Counted from the stretch's first letter, positions 9,196 to 19,904 are shown. The stretch is DNA of 32,000 bases from Thermincola sp. (GCA_032027005.1 JAVSMW010000015.1:10354-42353); one strand, 5' to 3'. Numbers and translations: made by a program. The notes: generated from the sequence alone by a model not told the origin.

Positions 9196-9939
9196 ATGGA
9201 GTTTTTTGCTGATTGGCATACCCACTCCAAATATAGTGACGGGCGTGGGAGCATAGAGCAAAACGTGGTCGCCGCTTTAAACAGGGGGTTGGATGAGATT
9301 GCCATTACTGACCACGGGCCGGCTAATATTTCTGCCGGAGTTGAAGGAATCCACAGCTATAATTTGGTCAGAGAAGAAGTTAAAAGAATTAATGAAAAGT
9401 ATCCCCAGATCCGGGTCAAGACCGGGGCTGAAGCAGATATTACGGACTTGGAGGGTACTATTGACCTGCCTGTTAAATGTGCAGACAGCCTGGATGTTCT
9501 GATTGTGGGACTGCACCCGTACGTTTGGCCGGCAACCCTGGACGCTGCCTGGTCTTTGGTAGTCAGAAACCGGACAGCTCAGGTCAGCCGCGGATCCAGG
9601 GAAAAAGTCAGGACCACCAACACTAAGGCATTAAAGGAGGCGGTTAACAGGTATGATGTGGATTTTGTCAGTCATCCGGATTTACAGATGCCTGTGGATA
9701 TAGGCGAGCTATCCAAAGCTTGTGCCGCTCAGGGGACCGCTATTGAAATAAACACCGGGCATCTCTACGATAAAACCGCTTTGGTGAGTATAGCCGCTAA
9801 AACAGGGGTGGGTTTTGTAGTCAACAGCGACGCGCATTTTCCGGAAACCGTTGGCCATTTGGAGGAGGGGGGGAGACTCCTGGAAAAACTTAATATCCCT
9901 GTCCAACGTGTTCTGAATGCGAGGGACCCTAAAAATTGA
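9196..9939 (+). CDS. PHP-domain phosphoesterase (histidinol-phosphatase-like family)
   Basis: DWHTHSKYSDG, ITDHGP, HPD and NSDAH metal-ligand motifs. ATG 9196 follows GTGAGGTG. The track start 9070 would include the promoter region. Confidence 0.8.
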   Translation: MEFFADWHTHSKYSDGRGSIEQNVVAALNRGLDEIAITDHGPANISAGVEGIHSYNLVREEVKRINEKYPQIRVKTGAEADITDLEGTIDLPVKCADSLDVLIVGLHPYVWPATLDAAWSLVVRNRTAQVSRGSREKVRTTNTKALKEAVNRYDVDFVSHPDLQMPVDIGELSKACAAQGTAIEINTGHLYDKTALVSIAAKTGVGFVVNSDAHFPETVGHLEEGGRLLEKLNIPVQRVLNARDPKN

Positions 9940-9995
9940 AGGGAAAACATATTTTTTGGCGAACTAGGTAGTAACAGTTCATATGGGGTGGAGAC

Positions 9996-10877
9996 ATGAA
10001 AGATATTAGGTTTGTTATTGTGACAGGACTTTCAGGGGCCGGGAAAACTCAGGCAATCCGCGGTTTGGAGGATCTGGGATTTTTTTGCGTGGACAATCTT
10101 CCGCCAACCTTGATCCCCAAATTTGCCGAGCTCTGTGCACAATCTGAAGGCAGGGTTAATAAGATAGCATTGGTGGTAGACATCAGGGGCGGCGGTTTTT
10201 TCGATTCTGTTTACGAATCCCTGGAAAGCCTTAAAAGTTTGGGTATAAAATATGAAATCCTGTTCCTGGAAGCATCTGACGAAACCTTAGTCAGGAGGTT
10301 TAAGGAATCAAGACGGAGACATCCCCTCAGTGACAAGGGGAGTACTCTCGAAGGTATTCTTAAAGAGAGGGCCAGACTCGAGGAACTGAAAGGTAAGGCT
10401 CACAAGATTATTGATACATCTAACCTTACCAATAAGCAATTAAAAGAACAGATCACTTCCATATACGGGGCCGCCAGTGGGGAGCAGAGGCTTAATATCA
10501 CCCTGATGTCTTTTGGATATAAATATGGGATCCCCCTGGATTCAGACCTGGTATTTGATGTTAGGTTTCTTCCCAACCCTTACTATATTGACGAGTTAAG
10601 ACCCCTGACAGGTAATGATTTAGAGGTTCAAAGATATGTTATGGACTCACCTGTCTGCAAAACCTTTATGCGTAAATTTTCGGGTTTGATAAATTTTTTA
10701 ATACCTCATTACATCAAAGAGGGCAAAACAAATTTAACCATAGCCATTGGCTGCACCGGCGGCCAGCACAGGTCGGTGACACTGGCCAATAAACTGGCTG
10801 AAATCCTGGATACTAAGAATTACAATGTCAATAAACGGCACCGGGATATAGAGAAATTATCTGCAGGAGTGTCATAA
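9996..10877 (+). CDS. rapZ: RNase adapter / nucleotide-binding protein RapZ (YvcJ)
   Basis: Walker [31 protein letters not shown] and C-terminal [11 protein letters not shown] motifs. Conserved rapZ-yvcK-whiA neighbourhood. Confidence 0.92.
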   Translation: MKDIRFVIVTGLSGAGKTQAIRGLEDLGFFCVDNLPPTLIPKFAELCAQSEGRVNKIALVVDIRGGGFFDSVYESLESLKSLGIKYEILFLEASDETLVRRFKESRRRHPLSDKGSTLEGILKERARLEELKGKAHKIIDTSNLTNKQLKEQITSIYGAASGEQRLNITLMSFGYKYGIPLDSDLVFDVRFLPNPYYIDELRPLTGNDLEVQRYVMDSPVCKTFMRKFSGLINFLIPHYIKEGKTNLTIAIGCTGGQHRSVTLANKLAEILDTKNYNVNKRHRDIEKLSAGVS

Positions 10878-12227
10878 ATGAATAAATTGAAGTGGTTATA
10901 CCCTGGTATGAGGGTTAAAAGGTGGATGGTTCTGTCGGTTCTGGGCGCAATGTTCTTTGGAGCAGGTTTTATCCTGATCACAAATGTCGGGGCCTTTAGA
11001 ATCCTTAGCTACCTTTATTACCAAAGCTTTGACCCGGACGGTGCCGGCTCGCCGGTTGGTCCCGGAATTGTGGTCCTGGCAGTAGGTTTGGTGATGATTA
11101 TCATTGGTATTCGGAACACAATTTCTTCAATCATAAAGGCTTTAGCTCCGGAAAAACAGGGCGAAGTGGCCGAGTTTATTTATCAAAAACACTACCTGAG
11201 CCGTGGCCCAAAAGTTGTAGTTGTGGGAGGGGGAACGGGGCTTTCGGTTCTCCTCAGGGGGCTGAAAAAATTTACCAGCAATATTACTGCCATTGTCACA
11301 GTAGCAGATGACGGCGGCAGTTCAGGCAAACTGCGGAATGAATTTGGCATGCTGCCCCCCGGTGATATCAGGAACTGCCTGGTGGCCCTGGCGGATAAAG
11401 AAACCTTGATGGAAGACCTGTTTCAACACCGTTTTTCTATTGGCGAAGGTTTGAACGGCCATAGTATGGGTAACCTGCTGATTGCTGCCATGACCCAAAT
11501 CGCCGGTGATTTTGAAACAGCAATTCGTGAAATGAGTAAAGTCCTGGCTATCAGGGGACACGTTTTGCCTGCTACCCTTGACCAGTGCCGCCTTTGCGCT
11601 GAATTTGAGGGTGGCTTGGTGGTTGAAGGTGAGTCAGAGATAACCGAGGTAGGCAAGCGGATAAAAAAGCGGATTAACCGGGTATTCCTGAAGCCTGGAC
11701 ATTGTGAACCACTACCGGAGGCCTTGGCAGCCATTGCTGATGCTGATTTGATTGTTCTAGGCCCGGGCAGCCTTTATACCAGTATTATTCCTAACCTTTT
11801 GGTCAAAGGTATGGCTGAAGCTATAACCAAATCATCTGCCGCAACTGTTTATGTCTGCAATATTATGACCCAGCCCGGGGAAACTGACGGGTACAAAGCT
11901 TCCGAACATATCAGAGCAATTCGCGAACATGCCGGTTCCGGGCTGATAAATTTCGCTATTGTAAACGGTGAGGATATTCCCAAAACTCTGCAGCAAAAAT
12001 ATAGACAGGACGGAGCTGTGCCGGTTAGCCCTGATGTTAAGGAAATCGAAAAAATGAATATAAAACCTATAAAAAGAAACCTTGTTTTTGAAACAGATGT
12101 TGTCCGGCATGACCCTGAAAAACTCTCCGAAGCCATCATGGAACTTGCGGACCAGCTTAAATACGGTAGTGAGAAGTTTAATCTGCAGAGCTTATTCCTG
12201 GGGAAGCAAAGGATTAGGGAAATGTAA
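10878..12227 (+). CDS. yvcK: Gluconeogenesis factor YvcK (CofD-like, UPF0052) with an N-terminal ~110-aa two-TM extension
   Basis: The core begins at PKVVVVGGGTGLSVLLRGLK (about residue 113) and includes TVADDGGSSG and LGPGSLYTSIIPNLL. The N-terminus contains VLSVLGAMFFGAGFILITNVGAF and GIVVLAVGLVMIIIGI. Confidence 0.9.
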   Translation: MNKLKWLYPGMRVKRWMVLSVLGAMFFGAGFILITNVGAFRILSYLYYQSFDPDGAGSPVGPGIVVLAVGLVMIIIGIRNTISSIIKALAPEKQGEVAEFIYQKHYLSRGPKVVVVGGGTGLSVLLRGLKKFTSNITAIVTVADDGGSSGKLRNEFGMLPPGDIRNCLVALADKETLMEDLFQHRFSIGEGLNGHSMGNLLIAAMTQIAGDFETAIREMSKVLAIRGHVLPATLDQCRLCAEFEGGLVVEGESEITEVGKRIKKRINRVFLKPGHCEPLPEALAAIADADLIVLGPGSLYTSIIPNLLVKGMAEAITKSSAATVYVCNIMTQPGETDGYKASEHIRAIREHAGSGLINFAIVNGEDIPKTLQQKYRQDGAVPVSPDVKEIEKMNIKPIKRNLVFETDVVRHDPEKLSEAIMELADQLKYGSEKFNLQSLFLGKQRIREM

Positions 12228-12230
12228 ACT

Positions 12231-12258
12231 GAGAGTGGGTAGTGGAGAGTGGGAAAGG
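12231..12258. repeat. GTGGNNA heptamer repeat, copy A (G-rich half only)
   Basis: gagagtgggtagtggagagtgggaaagg lies immediately after the yvcK stop. Same unit family as 13091, 19873 and 27703. Confidence 0.55.
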
Positions 12259-12319
12259 ATAGTTTGGCGTGCAGATGGATGTTTTTAGCGAGGATGTTGA
12301 ATCGGGCGGTGTTTAGGTT

Positions 12320-12721
12320 GTGGACTTTTTAGCTGTAGGGCTGGGCGGGTTTCTGGGGGCTGCAGCCAGGGCCTGGTTGGCAAATCATTTAATACTAGAG
12401 AATTCGGGCAATTTTCCGTTTGGCACACTAATCATAAATCTAACTGGATCATTTGTCCTGTGTTTTTTTATGCTTATCACAGTTGACAGGCTTCAGGTCA
12501 ATTCAAATTTGCGTTTGGCGGTGGGAACCGGTTTTTGCGGGGCTTACACCACATTTTCCACTTTTTCGTTGGAAAATATCAACCTACTTAGAGATGGCAG
12601 GTATGTCGGTGCTTTTGCGTATATCGTTATTACCGCCTTTGGCTGTGTCCTGTTCGGATGGCTCGGCTCAAGAGCCGGCGGCCTGATAGCCCGAAAAGAT
12701 GACGCAGAGACGGAGGGCTAA
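12320..12721 (+). CDS. crcB: Fluoride ion channel CrcB/FluC, subunit 1
   Basis: GTLIINLTGSFVLCF and GFCGAYTTFSTFSLE motifs, four TM helices. GTG start with a weak RBS. Confidence 0.85.
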   Translation: MDFLAVGLGGFLGAAARAWLANHLILENSGNFPFGTLIINLTGSFVLCFFMLITVDRLQVNSNLRLAVGTGFCGAYTTFSTFSLENINLLRDGRYVGAFAYIVITAFGCVLFGWLGSRAGGLIARKDDAETEG

Positions 12722-12722
12722 G

Positions 12723-13106
12723 ATGGAATACCTGCTAGTCGGGGCCGGCGGGGTACTGGGTGCTATAGCCAGATATGGCATTGGGAAATGGGCCGGCAGA
12801 AGGTGGGATAAAAGGTTTCCGCTGGCTACATTTTGTATAAATATAACCGGGTCCTTTGCTCTTGGTCTGTTGTACATAATCCTTTCAGGCACTGGAGGGA
12901 TTATCGGCGAAATGTTAAAACCTTTTGCCGCCACCGGTTTTCTGGGGGCCTATACTACTTTTTCGACCTTTAGTCTGGAGATTGTAAAATTACTGGAAGA
13001 CAGACAGGCGGCTGTCGCTGCTGCATATTTTGCGACGAGCCTGGCAGGCGGTCTGACGGCGGGCTACATTGGAATATTGGTGGGACAGGCAGTGGGTAGT
13101 GGGTAG
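12723..13106 (+). CDS. crcB: Fluoride ion channel CrcB/FluC, subunit 2
   Basis: ATFCINITGSFALGL and GFLGAYTTFSTFSLE motifs. ATG 12723 lies 5 nt after GGAGGG and 1 nt after the crcB1 stop, so the two are translationally coupled. The last 4 codons and the stop lie in repeat copy B. Confidence 0.85.
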   Translation: MEYLLVGAGGVLGAIARYGIGKWAGRRWDKRFPLATFCINITGSFALGLLYIILSGTGGIIGEMLKPFAATGFLGAYTTFSTFSLEIVKLLEDRQAAVAAAYFATSLAGGLTAGYIGILVGQAVGSG

Positions 13107-13128
13107 TGGGAAACCACTGGCCACTCGC
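13091..13128. repeat. GTGGNNA heptamer repeat, copy B (short hairpin with GAAA loop)
   Basis: agtgggtagtgg (13098-13109) / ccactggccact (13114-13125): 12 positions, 10 Watson-Crick, 1 G-U, 1 mismatch, loop gaaa (13110-13113). An extra upstream agtgggt unit (13091-13097) is unpaired. Overlaps the crcB2 stop TAG at 13104-13106. Confidence 0.7.
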
Positions 13129-13144
13129 CTGAAAACCCAAAACG

Positions 13145-13153
13145 TGGTATAAT
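13145..13153 (+). promoter_or_regulatory. Extended -10 box TGGTATAAT upstream of whiA
   Basis: TGgTATAAT at 13145-13153, 32 nt before the whiA ATG. No good -35. Confidence 0.4.
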
Positions 13154-13185
13154 AAATTGAAACGTTCCCTGGTGGGAGGCCGAAA

Positions 13186-14127
13186 ATGTCCTATTCAATT
13201 GATACCAAAAATGAATTAGCCAGGATAGTGGCAGCCAAAACTTGCTGTCAGCTTGCCGAGCTTGCCGCTATTGTCAAAATGGATGGGATAATGCAGCTTA
13301 GCGGTAAGCATGAAATTTCATTAAATATAATGACTGAAAATGCTGCCGTAGCCCGCAAGGTTTTCACTTATTTGAAAAATCTTTTTGGTGTGCCTACAGA
13401 TATAATGATGACCAAGAAAAACAGGCTGAAGAAAAATAATGTTTATCTGGTCAGAATGTCCCCCCAGGCCGAAGTTATCAATGTCTTGGGCTCAATCGGG
13501 ATGATTGATGAACAGGGTGGACTGCCTGGACTGATCAAGCCTGAATTACTGAAAAAAGACTGCTGCCGCCGCGCCTATCTGCGGGGGGTGTTTTTGGGCG
13601 GTGGTTCGGTAAGTGATCCTGAAGGTGATTATCACCTGGAAATCCTGGTTAATGATGAAAATTTCAGCAGATTTCTATGCCGGCTGCTAAAGAGGTATAG
13701 TTTAACAGCCAGGATTAATGAACGGAAGAATTGGGATGTGGTCTACCTTAAGGGCGGGGAAGATATTATTAAACTCCTTAACCTGATGGGGGCACACCAG
13801 GCCCTTCTCAGCTTTGAAAATATCAGAATATATAAAGATGTGAGAAATCAGGTTAATCGCCTGGTTAACTGTGAAACTGCAAATTTGAATAAAACGGTTA
13901 ATGCTGCTGTGCAGCAGATTGAAGACATTAAACTGCTTGACGAGGCTGTTGGTTTGGCCAAGCTGCCGCTTCCTCTACGTTCAGTCGCAGAAATCCGTCT
14001 GAAGTATCCGGATATCAGTTTGAAGGAACTGGGAGAAAAGCTGGACCCGCCCATAGGGAAATCCGGTGTCAATCACCGGATTCGCCGCCTGCAGAAAATG
14101 GCGGATAAAATAAAAGAGAAACATTAG
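13186..14127 (+). CDS. whiA: DNA-binding protein WhiA
   Basis: N-terminal MSYSIDTKNELARI..CC motif, degenerate LAGLIDADG-like core (RAYLRGVFLGGGSVSDPEGDYHLE) and C-terminal HTH (SGVNHRIRRL). Standard position after rapZ-yvcK. Confidence 0.92.
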   Translation: MSYSIDTKNELARIVAAKTCCQLAELAAIVKMDGIMQLSGKHEISLNIMTENAAVARKVFTYLKNLFGVPTDIMMTKKNRLKKNNVYLVRMSPQAEVINVLGSIGMIDEQGGLPGLIKPELLKKDCCRRAYLRGVFLGGGSVSDPEGDYHLEILVNDENFSRFLCRLLKRYSLTARINERKNWDVVYLKGGEDIIKLLNLMGAHQALLSFENIRIYKDVRNQVNRLVNCETANLNKTVNAAVQQIEDIKLLDEAVGLAKLPLPLRSVAEIRLKYPDISLKELGEKLDPPIGKSGVNHRIRRLQKMADKIKEKH

Positions 14128-14217
14128 CCTAAATATATATTGATTAGAATAAGGACATATTTTACTTGAATAAACTGATATTAAGTGATAGAAGTAAAAA
14201 ATCAAGGAGTGTCTTTT

Positions 14218-15615
14218 ATGCGAATGGGGTTTAGAATCACTCAGGAACAGACACAAAAACTAATAATGACCCCGGAACTTCGGGTAGCTATCAAAATTTT
14301 GCAGCTATCTACTGTTGAATTAGTTCAATATATTGACCAACAGCTGATTGAGAATCCCGTCCTGGAAGTTGTGGAAGGACCAGTTGAACATGAAGCTGAA
14401 GAACCTGTAGAAAAAGCGTCGGAGAAGGAAAATCAAGTTGATATAGATTGGGAACAATATTTTGAAGATGCCGGTGAGCCGAAAGCGGAAAAAACAGTTA
14501 ACCGGGATCGGGAAAACCGACCTTTTGATAATTTTGTTACAGCTGTGCCGAACTTACACGATCACCTTCTCTTTCAGCTTTCTATGGCCAATTTGCCCAA
14601 AAACGAGTGGGATGTTGGCGAATTTCTGATTTTGAGCCTGGATGATAACGGGTATCTGCAGTGCAGTATTAATGAAGCGGCTGTTCGTTGTGGTGTTACT
14701 GTTGAAACGGCCGAAAAAATCTTAAAGGTGATTCAGGGATTTGACCCGCCAGGCATTGCTGCCCGCGACATCAGAGAGTGTTTGCTAATTCAGTATGAAC
14801 AGTTGGAAATTAAAAATGAGCTGTTAAAAAAATTAATCGAAAATTATTTGGGAGAACTTGCTGAGGGCAAAATGATGAAAGTTGCCAAAAAGTTAGGAGT
14901 CTCACTGCCGGATATTCAAAAAGCGGTTGATGAGTTAAAGCTCCTGGAACCCAAGCCGGGGCGAAAATTCTCCGTTAGTGATAATGTCAGATATATTGTT
15001 CCTGATTTAGTGGTAGAAAGAGTGGATGGGGAATATATTATTATGGTTAATGATGTTTCTGCTCCCAGGTTGACTTTGAACCCATTCTATAAAGAACTTG
15101 TCCGCACCGGCTCTTCTGATCCCGAGAGCCGCAAGTTTTTGGAGTCCAAACTCAATTCTGCCGTCTGGCTGATGAGGAGTATTGAGCAGCGCCGGGGCAC
15201 CCTTTACAAAGTGGCCAGATATATTGTTGACGCTCAGGTGGATTTTTTCGAAAAAGGGATAAAATATTTAAAACCGATGATTCTTAAACATGTGGCAGAT
15301 GCCACCGGTCTGCATGAATCCACTGTGAGCAGGGCCACATCCAATAAATATATGCAAACCCCCAAAGGTCTGTTTGAACTGAAATTTTTCTTTTCCAGCG
15401 GAATTTCACATATCCAGGGTTCTGCGGTATCTTCTGAAGCGGTGAAGAAAATTATCAGGGAATTGATAGATGCAGAAGATTCGCAGAAGCCTCTCAGTGA
15501 CCAAAAAATTGCAGATATCCTGCAGGATAAGGGTATGGATATTTCAAGACGGACTGTGGCAAAATATCGTGATGAAACAGGGATTCTTTCTTCAGCCCGG
15601 AGGCGTCGGTACTAG
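14218..15615 (+). CDS. rpoN: RNA polymerase sigma-54 factor
   Basis: Region I QEQTQKLIMTPELRVAIKILQLS, acidic linker, core-binding region and the C-terminal RpoN box ISRRTVAKYR. ATG 14218 lies 8 nt after AAGGAG. Confidence 0.92.
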   Translation: MRMGFRITQEQTQKLIMTPELRVAIKILQLSTVELVQYIDQQLIENPVLEVVEGPVEHEAEEPVEKASEKENQVDIDWEQYFEDAGEPKAEKTVNRDRENRPFDNFVTAVPNLHDHLLFQLSMANLPKNEWDVGEFLILSLDDNGYLQCSINEAAVRCGVTVETAEKILKVIQGFDPPGIAARDIRECLLIQYEQLEIKNELLKKLIENYLGELAEGKMMKVAKKLGVSLPDIQKAVDELKLLEPKPGRKFSVSDNVRYIVPDLVVERVDGEYIIMVNDVSAPRLTLNPFYKELVRTGSSDPESRKFLESKLNSAVWLMRSIEQRRGTLYKVARYIVDAQVDFFEKGIKYLKPMILKHVADATGLHESTVSRATSNKYMQTPKGLFELKFFFSSGISHIQGSAVSSEAVKKIIRELIDAEDSQKPLSDQKIADILQDKGMDISRRTVAKYRDETGILSSARRRRY

Positions 15616-15735
15616 TTTGTTTTTTTACGACATATATTTACAAGAAACTCATGGTTAAAAAAGAGGATTTTACCATGGAACCGGAGAATTATTATTCTGC
15701 TTTGAGAGAAATTTTTCGCTTAATTTTGAGTTTAC

Positions 15736-15771
15736 CGGGACGTGAAATTGTACCCTGGGACACGAAATGAC
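15736..15771 (+). promoter_or_regulatory. CggR operator (tandem direct repeat)
   Basis: cgggac-gtgaaa-ttgt-accc-tgggac-acgaaa-tgac closely matches the B. subtilis CggR operator architecture CGGGAC-N6-TGTC-N4-CGGGAC-N6-TGTC. It lies 27 nt upstream of cggR. Confidence 0.6.
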
Positions 15772-15797
15772 CAGCCGCCTTCAAAGGGAGCGGGAAA

Positions 15798-16823
15798 ATG
15801 AGAGATATTATCAGTCTGCAGCAAAAGATTGTGCCTGAATTAATAGAACTAATGGAAAGAAGATATACTATATTGCGATATGTTTCTCACTCCCAGCCGG
15901 TAGGCAGGCGTTTACTTGCCAACGGATTGAAGATGGGTGAAAGGATTGTCCGCTCTGAACTTGAATTTCTTAAAAACCAGGGGCTCCTTGGAGGGGATGT
16001 AAGTGGTGTCAGGCTCACTGATGAAGGTACGCTCTTGGTCCACGAACTGGCTGATTTTATTAAATGTATGAGGGGTTTGGCCGATCTCGAAGCCCGTCTG
16101 AAAGAACAGTTGGGGCTTAGTCAAGTGGTCGTAGTACCGGGGAATTCGGATGAGGATGAGCTGGTCAAAAAGGAACTGGGCAGAGTAGCTGCCAGATGCC
16201 TTTTGGATAATATGCAGGGAGCGAGTACCGTAGCAGTTACCGGAGGCACCACGGTATGGGAAGTAGCTGAAGCCGTTCCGGCATCAAACGCACCCCATCA
16301 TATCCTGTTTGTCCCCGCTCGCGGAGGTTTGGGGGAAGATGTAGAAATCCAGGCAAATTCAATTGCAGCCAAAATTGCCAAAAAGCTGGCAGCAACTTAT
16401 CGCCTGCTGCATGTCCCTGACAATATCGGTGAAGACGCAGTCAAATCACTCAGTAAAGATCTGCATATTCAAGAAGTTATAACAACCATCAAGTCAGCCG
16501 ATATTTTAATTCACGGCATCGGTAATGCCGGGGAATTATCTGTCAACCGTGGCGATGCTCCGGAGACAACCCGTGAGTTAATGGCAGCCGGGGCTGTCGG
16601 GGAAGCTTTTGGCCACTATTTTGCCAAAGACGGGACTATTGTGAGAACTATCCACAGCCTGGGGGTACGCCTGAATGATCTGAAGAATATTGGCCATGTA
16701 ATAGGGGTTGCCGGTGGCCAAAAGAAAGCTGCAGCTATTATGGCAGTGATGTCAAATGGGTTTGAAACTGTTCTGATCACAGATGAAGCGGCCGGAAAAG
16801 CTATTCTGGCTATAGCAAAGTAA
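15798..16823 (+). CDS. cggR: Central glycolytic genes regulator CggR (SorC/DeoR family)
   Basis: N-terminal wHTH (ILRYVSHSQPVGRRLLANGLKMGERIVRSELEFLK) and a C-terminal sugar-phosphate-binding SorC domain. Located directly upstream of gap. Confidence 0.9.
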   Translation: MRDIISLQQKIVPELIELMERRYTILRYVSHSQPVGRRLLANGLKMGERIVRSELEFLKNQGLLGGDVSGVRLTDEGTLLVHELADFIKCMRGLADLEARLKEQLGLSQVVVVPGNSDEDELVKKELGRVAARCLLDNMQGASTVAVTGGTTVWEVAEAVPASNAPHHILFVPARGGLGEDVEIQANSIAAKIAKKLAATYRLLHVPDNIGEDAVKSLSKDLHIQEVITTIKSADILIHGIGNAGELSVNRGDAPETTRELMAAGAVGEAFGHYFAKDGTIVRTIHSLGVRLNDLKNIGHVIGVAGGQKKAAAIMAVMSNGFETVLITDEAAGKAILAIAK

Positions 16824-16829
16824 TAACTA

Positions 16830-16846
16830 TAAGGCTTAAAGCCTTA
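16830..16846 (+). other. Stem-loop in the cggR-gap intergenic region
   Basis: taaggct-taa-agcctta, a 7-bp perfect stem with no U-tract, so not a terminator. In B. subtilis the cggR-gapA transcript is processed near this junction; function here is inferred only. Confidence 0.3.
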
Positions 16847-16864
16847 AGAATATAGGAAAGTTAA

Positions 16865-17914
<1,050 letters not shown>

Positions 17915-17935
17915 TAAGCCGGAGGGAGTGTACTA

Positions 17936-19123
17936 ATGAATATCAATACGGTTAAAGATTTGGATGTCAAAGGTAAACGGGTGTTTGTCAGGGTAGATTT
18001 TAATGTACCCTTAAACGACGACAGGGCTGTTACTGACGATACAAGAATCAGGGCGGCTGTTCCTACCATAGACTATCTGACGGGTAAGGGTGCCCGGGTG
18101 ATTCTGGCTTCTCATCTTGGACGCCCTAAAGGGCAGGTCAATGAAAAATATTCCCTGGCGCCGGTAGCAGCTAAACTGAGTGAAATTATGGGGCAATCCA
18201 TTGCCTTCGCTAAAGACTGTATTGGGGAGGAAGCCCGCAAAGTTGTTGACGGCCTCAAGGACGGCGAGGTGGCCCTTTTGGAAAACCTCAGGTTTCATGC
18301 TGAGGAAGAAAAAAACGAGCCTGGTTTTGTCCAAGAGCTGGCTAGTCTAGCAGATGCCTATGTCAATGATGCTTTCGGCGCTGCCCACCGGGCCCATGCC
18401 TCAACTGCAGGGATTGCCGGACATCTGCCGTCAGCGGCAGGGCTCCTGATGGAAAAGGAAGTGGAATATCTCAGCAAGGCTCTGGCTGACCCGGTGAAGC
18501 CCTTTGCTGCTATTATTGGCGGAGCTAAAGTTACTGACAAAATCGGAGTTATCGAGAACCTGTTGGATAAGGTTGATACCCTGATTATCGGCGGGGGTAT
18601 GGCCAATACTTTTCTGAAAGCCCAGGGGTATAATCTGGGTAAATCCCTGGTTGAGGAAGATAAGACCGGTTTGGCCAAAGAAACTTTGGCAAAGGCTGCT
18701 GCCAAAGGTGTTCAATTATTGCTGCCGACCGATTTAATTATTGCGGAAAAGGTTTCTCCTGATGCAGATCATAAAACTGTAGCCAAGGATCAGATTCCTG
18801 CCGAGTGGGCGGCAGTTGATATCGGCCCCGAAAGTGCGCGCATTTTTGCGGATGCTGTCAGGGAAGCAAATACTATTGTCTGGAACGGTCCCATGGGGGT
18901 TTTTGAAATGGAGCCCTTTGCCAAAGGCACTGAGGCTGTGGCCAAGGCTGTGGCGGCATCGGGCGGCACATCCATCGTCGGGGGCGGTGACTCGGTAGCG
19001 GCTGTTAAAAAAATGGGAGTAAGTGCAGAGATAAGCCATATTTCCACAGGCGGCGGTGCTTCCCTGGAATTCCTTGAAGGTAAAGAACTGCCGGGAATCA
19101 AGGCTCTGGAGAGAAGGAGTTGA
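17936..19123 (+). CDS. pgk: Phosphoglycerate kinase
   Basis: [25 protein letters not shown] and C-terminal [13 protein letters not shown] motifs. Confidence 0.95.
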   Translation: MNINTVKDLDVKGKRVFVRVDFNVPLNDDRAVTDDTRIRAAVPTIDYLTGKGARVILASHLGRPKGQVNEKYSLAPVAAKLSEIMGQSIAFAKDCIGEEARKVVDGLKDGEVALLENLRFHAEEEKNEPGFVQELASLADAYVNDAFGAAHRAHASTAGIAGHLPSAAGLLMEKEVEYLSKALADPVKPFAAIIGGAKVTDKIGVIENLLDKVDTLIIGGGMANTFLKAQGYNLGKSLVEEDKTGLAKETLAKAAAKGVQLLLPTDLIIAEKVSPDADHKTVAKDQIPAEWAAVDIGPESARIFADAVREANTIVWNGPMGVFEMEPFAKGTEAVAKAVAASGGTSIVGGGDSVAAVKKMGVSAEISHISTGGGASLEFLEGKELPGIKALERRS

Positions 19124-19127
19124 TATA

Positions 19128-19904
19128 ATGCGCAAACCCATCATCGCGGGGAACTGGAAAATGCATAAAACTGTACAAGAAGCCAAAGCACTAGTCACTG
19201 AACTCAGCGCCGAGCTAAAAGATGTCGGTGATGTTGAAATAGTCGTTTGCCCGCCCTTTACGGCCCTGAATGCTGTGCTTGCCACCGCCCAGGGGACAAA
19301 TGTCGCCGTAGGGGCGCAAAATATGCACTGGGAAGACCAGGGGGCCTATACCGGCGAGGTTTCACCGGTCATGCTCAGGGAAATGGGCTGTAAATATGTA
19401 ATTATCGGCCATTCTGAACGCCGGGAATATTTTGCCGAAACTGACGAAAATGTTAACAAAAAAACCAAAGCCGCCTTCAAACACGGCCTGCTGCCTATTG
19501 TTTGTGTCGGAGAAAAGTTAGACCACAGAGAACAGGGGATCACTGAGCAGATTGTTAAAGCTCAGGTCCAAGGCGGCCTTGCCGGCCTCGAAAAAGATCA
19601 GGTGGCCCAGCTTGTGGTGGCCTATGAGCCAGTTTGGGCCATCGGCACGGGTAAAACAGCTTCTGACGATGACGCCCAACAGGTCATTGGTTTTATCAGG
19701 GGCGTTATCACAGAGATGTACGGTCAGGAACCGGCTGGACAGGTTCGTATTCAGTATGGCGGCAGTGTCAAGCCTGATAACATTTCCGGATTGATGCAGC
19801 AAAAAGACATAGATGGCGCCCTGGTAGGCGGTGCCAGCTTAGATGTCCGGAATTTTGCCGGGATTGTTAAACGTAGTGGAGAGTGGAGAGTGGGGAGTGA
19901 GTAG
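19128..19904 (+). CDS. tpiA: Triosephosphate isomerase
   Basis: IIAGNWKMHKT, IGHSERR, AYEPVWAIGTG and QYGGSVKP motifs. ATG 19128 follows GAGAAGGAG. The last ~10 codons (RSGEWRVGSE) and the stop lie inside repeat copy C. Confidence 0.93.
   Translation: MRKPIIAGNWKMHKTVQEAKALVTELSAELKDVGDVEIVVCPPFTALNAVLATAQGTNVAVGAQNMHWEDQGAYTGEVSPVMLREMGCKYVIIGHSERREYFAETDENVNKKTKAAFKHGLLPIVCVGEKLDHREQGITEQIVKAQVQGGLAGLEKDQVAQLVVAYEPVWAIGTGKTASDDDAQQVIGFIRGVITEMYGQEPAGQVRIQYGGSVKPDNISGLMQQKDIDGALVGGASLDVRNFAGIVKRSGEWRVGSE

Noticed and set aside
12228-12319. Possible fluoride (crcB-motif) riboswitch upstream of the crcB pair
   Set aside because: The region has gatggatg-like bits, but it lacks the GGCG...CGCC P1 helix, the short P3 hairpin and the conserved CUGAUGAnnCCUAC 3' segment. 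It is mostly occupied by a heptamer repeat copy. A cmsearch with RF01734 would settle it.
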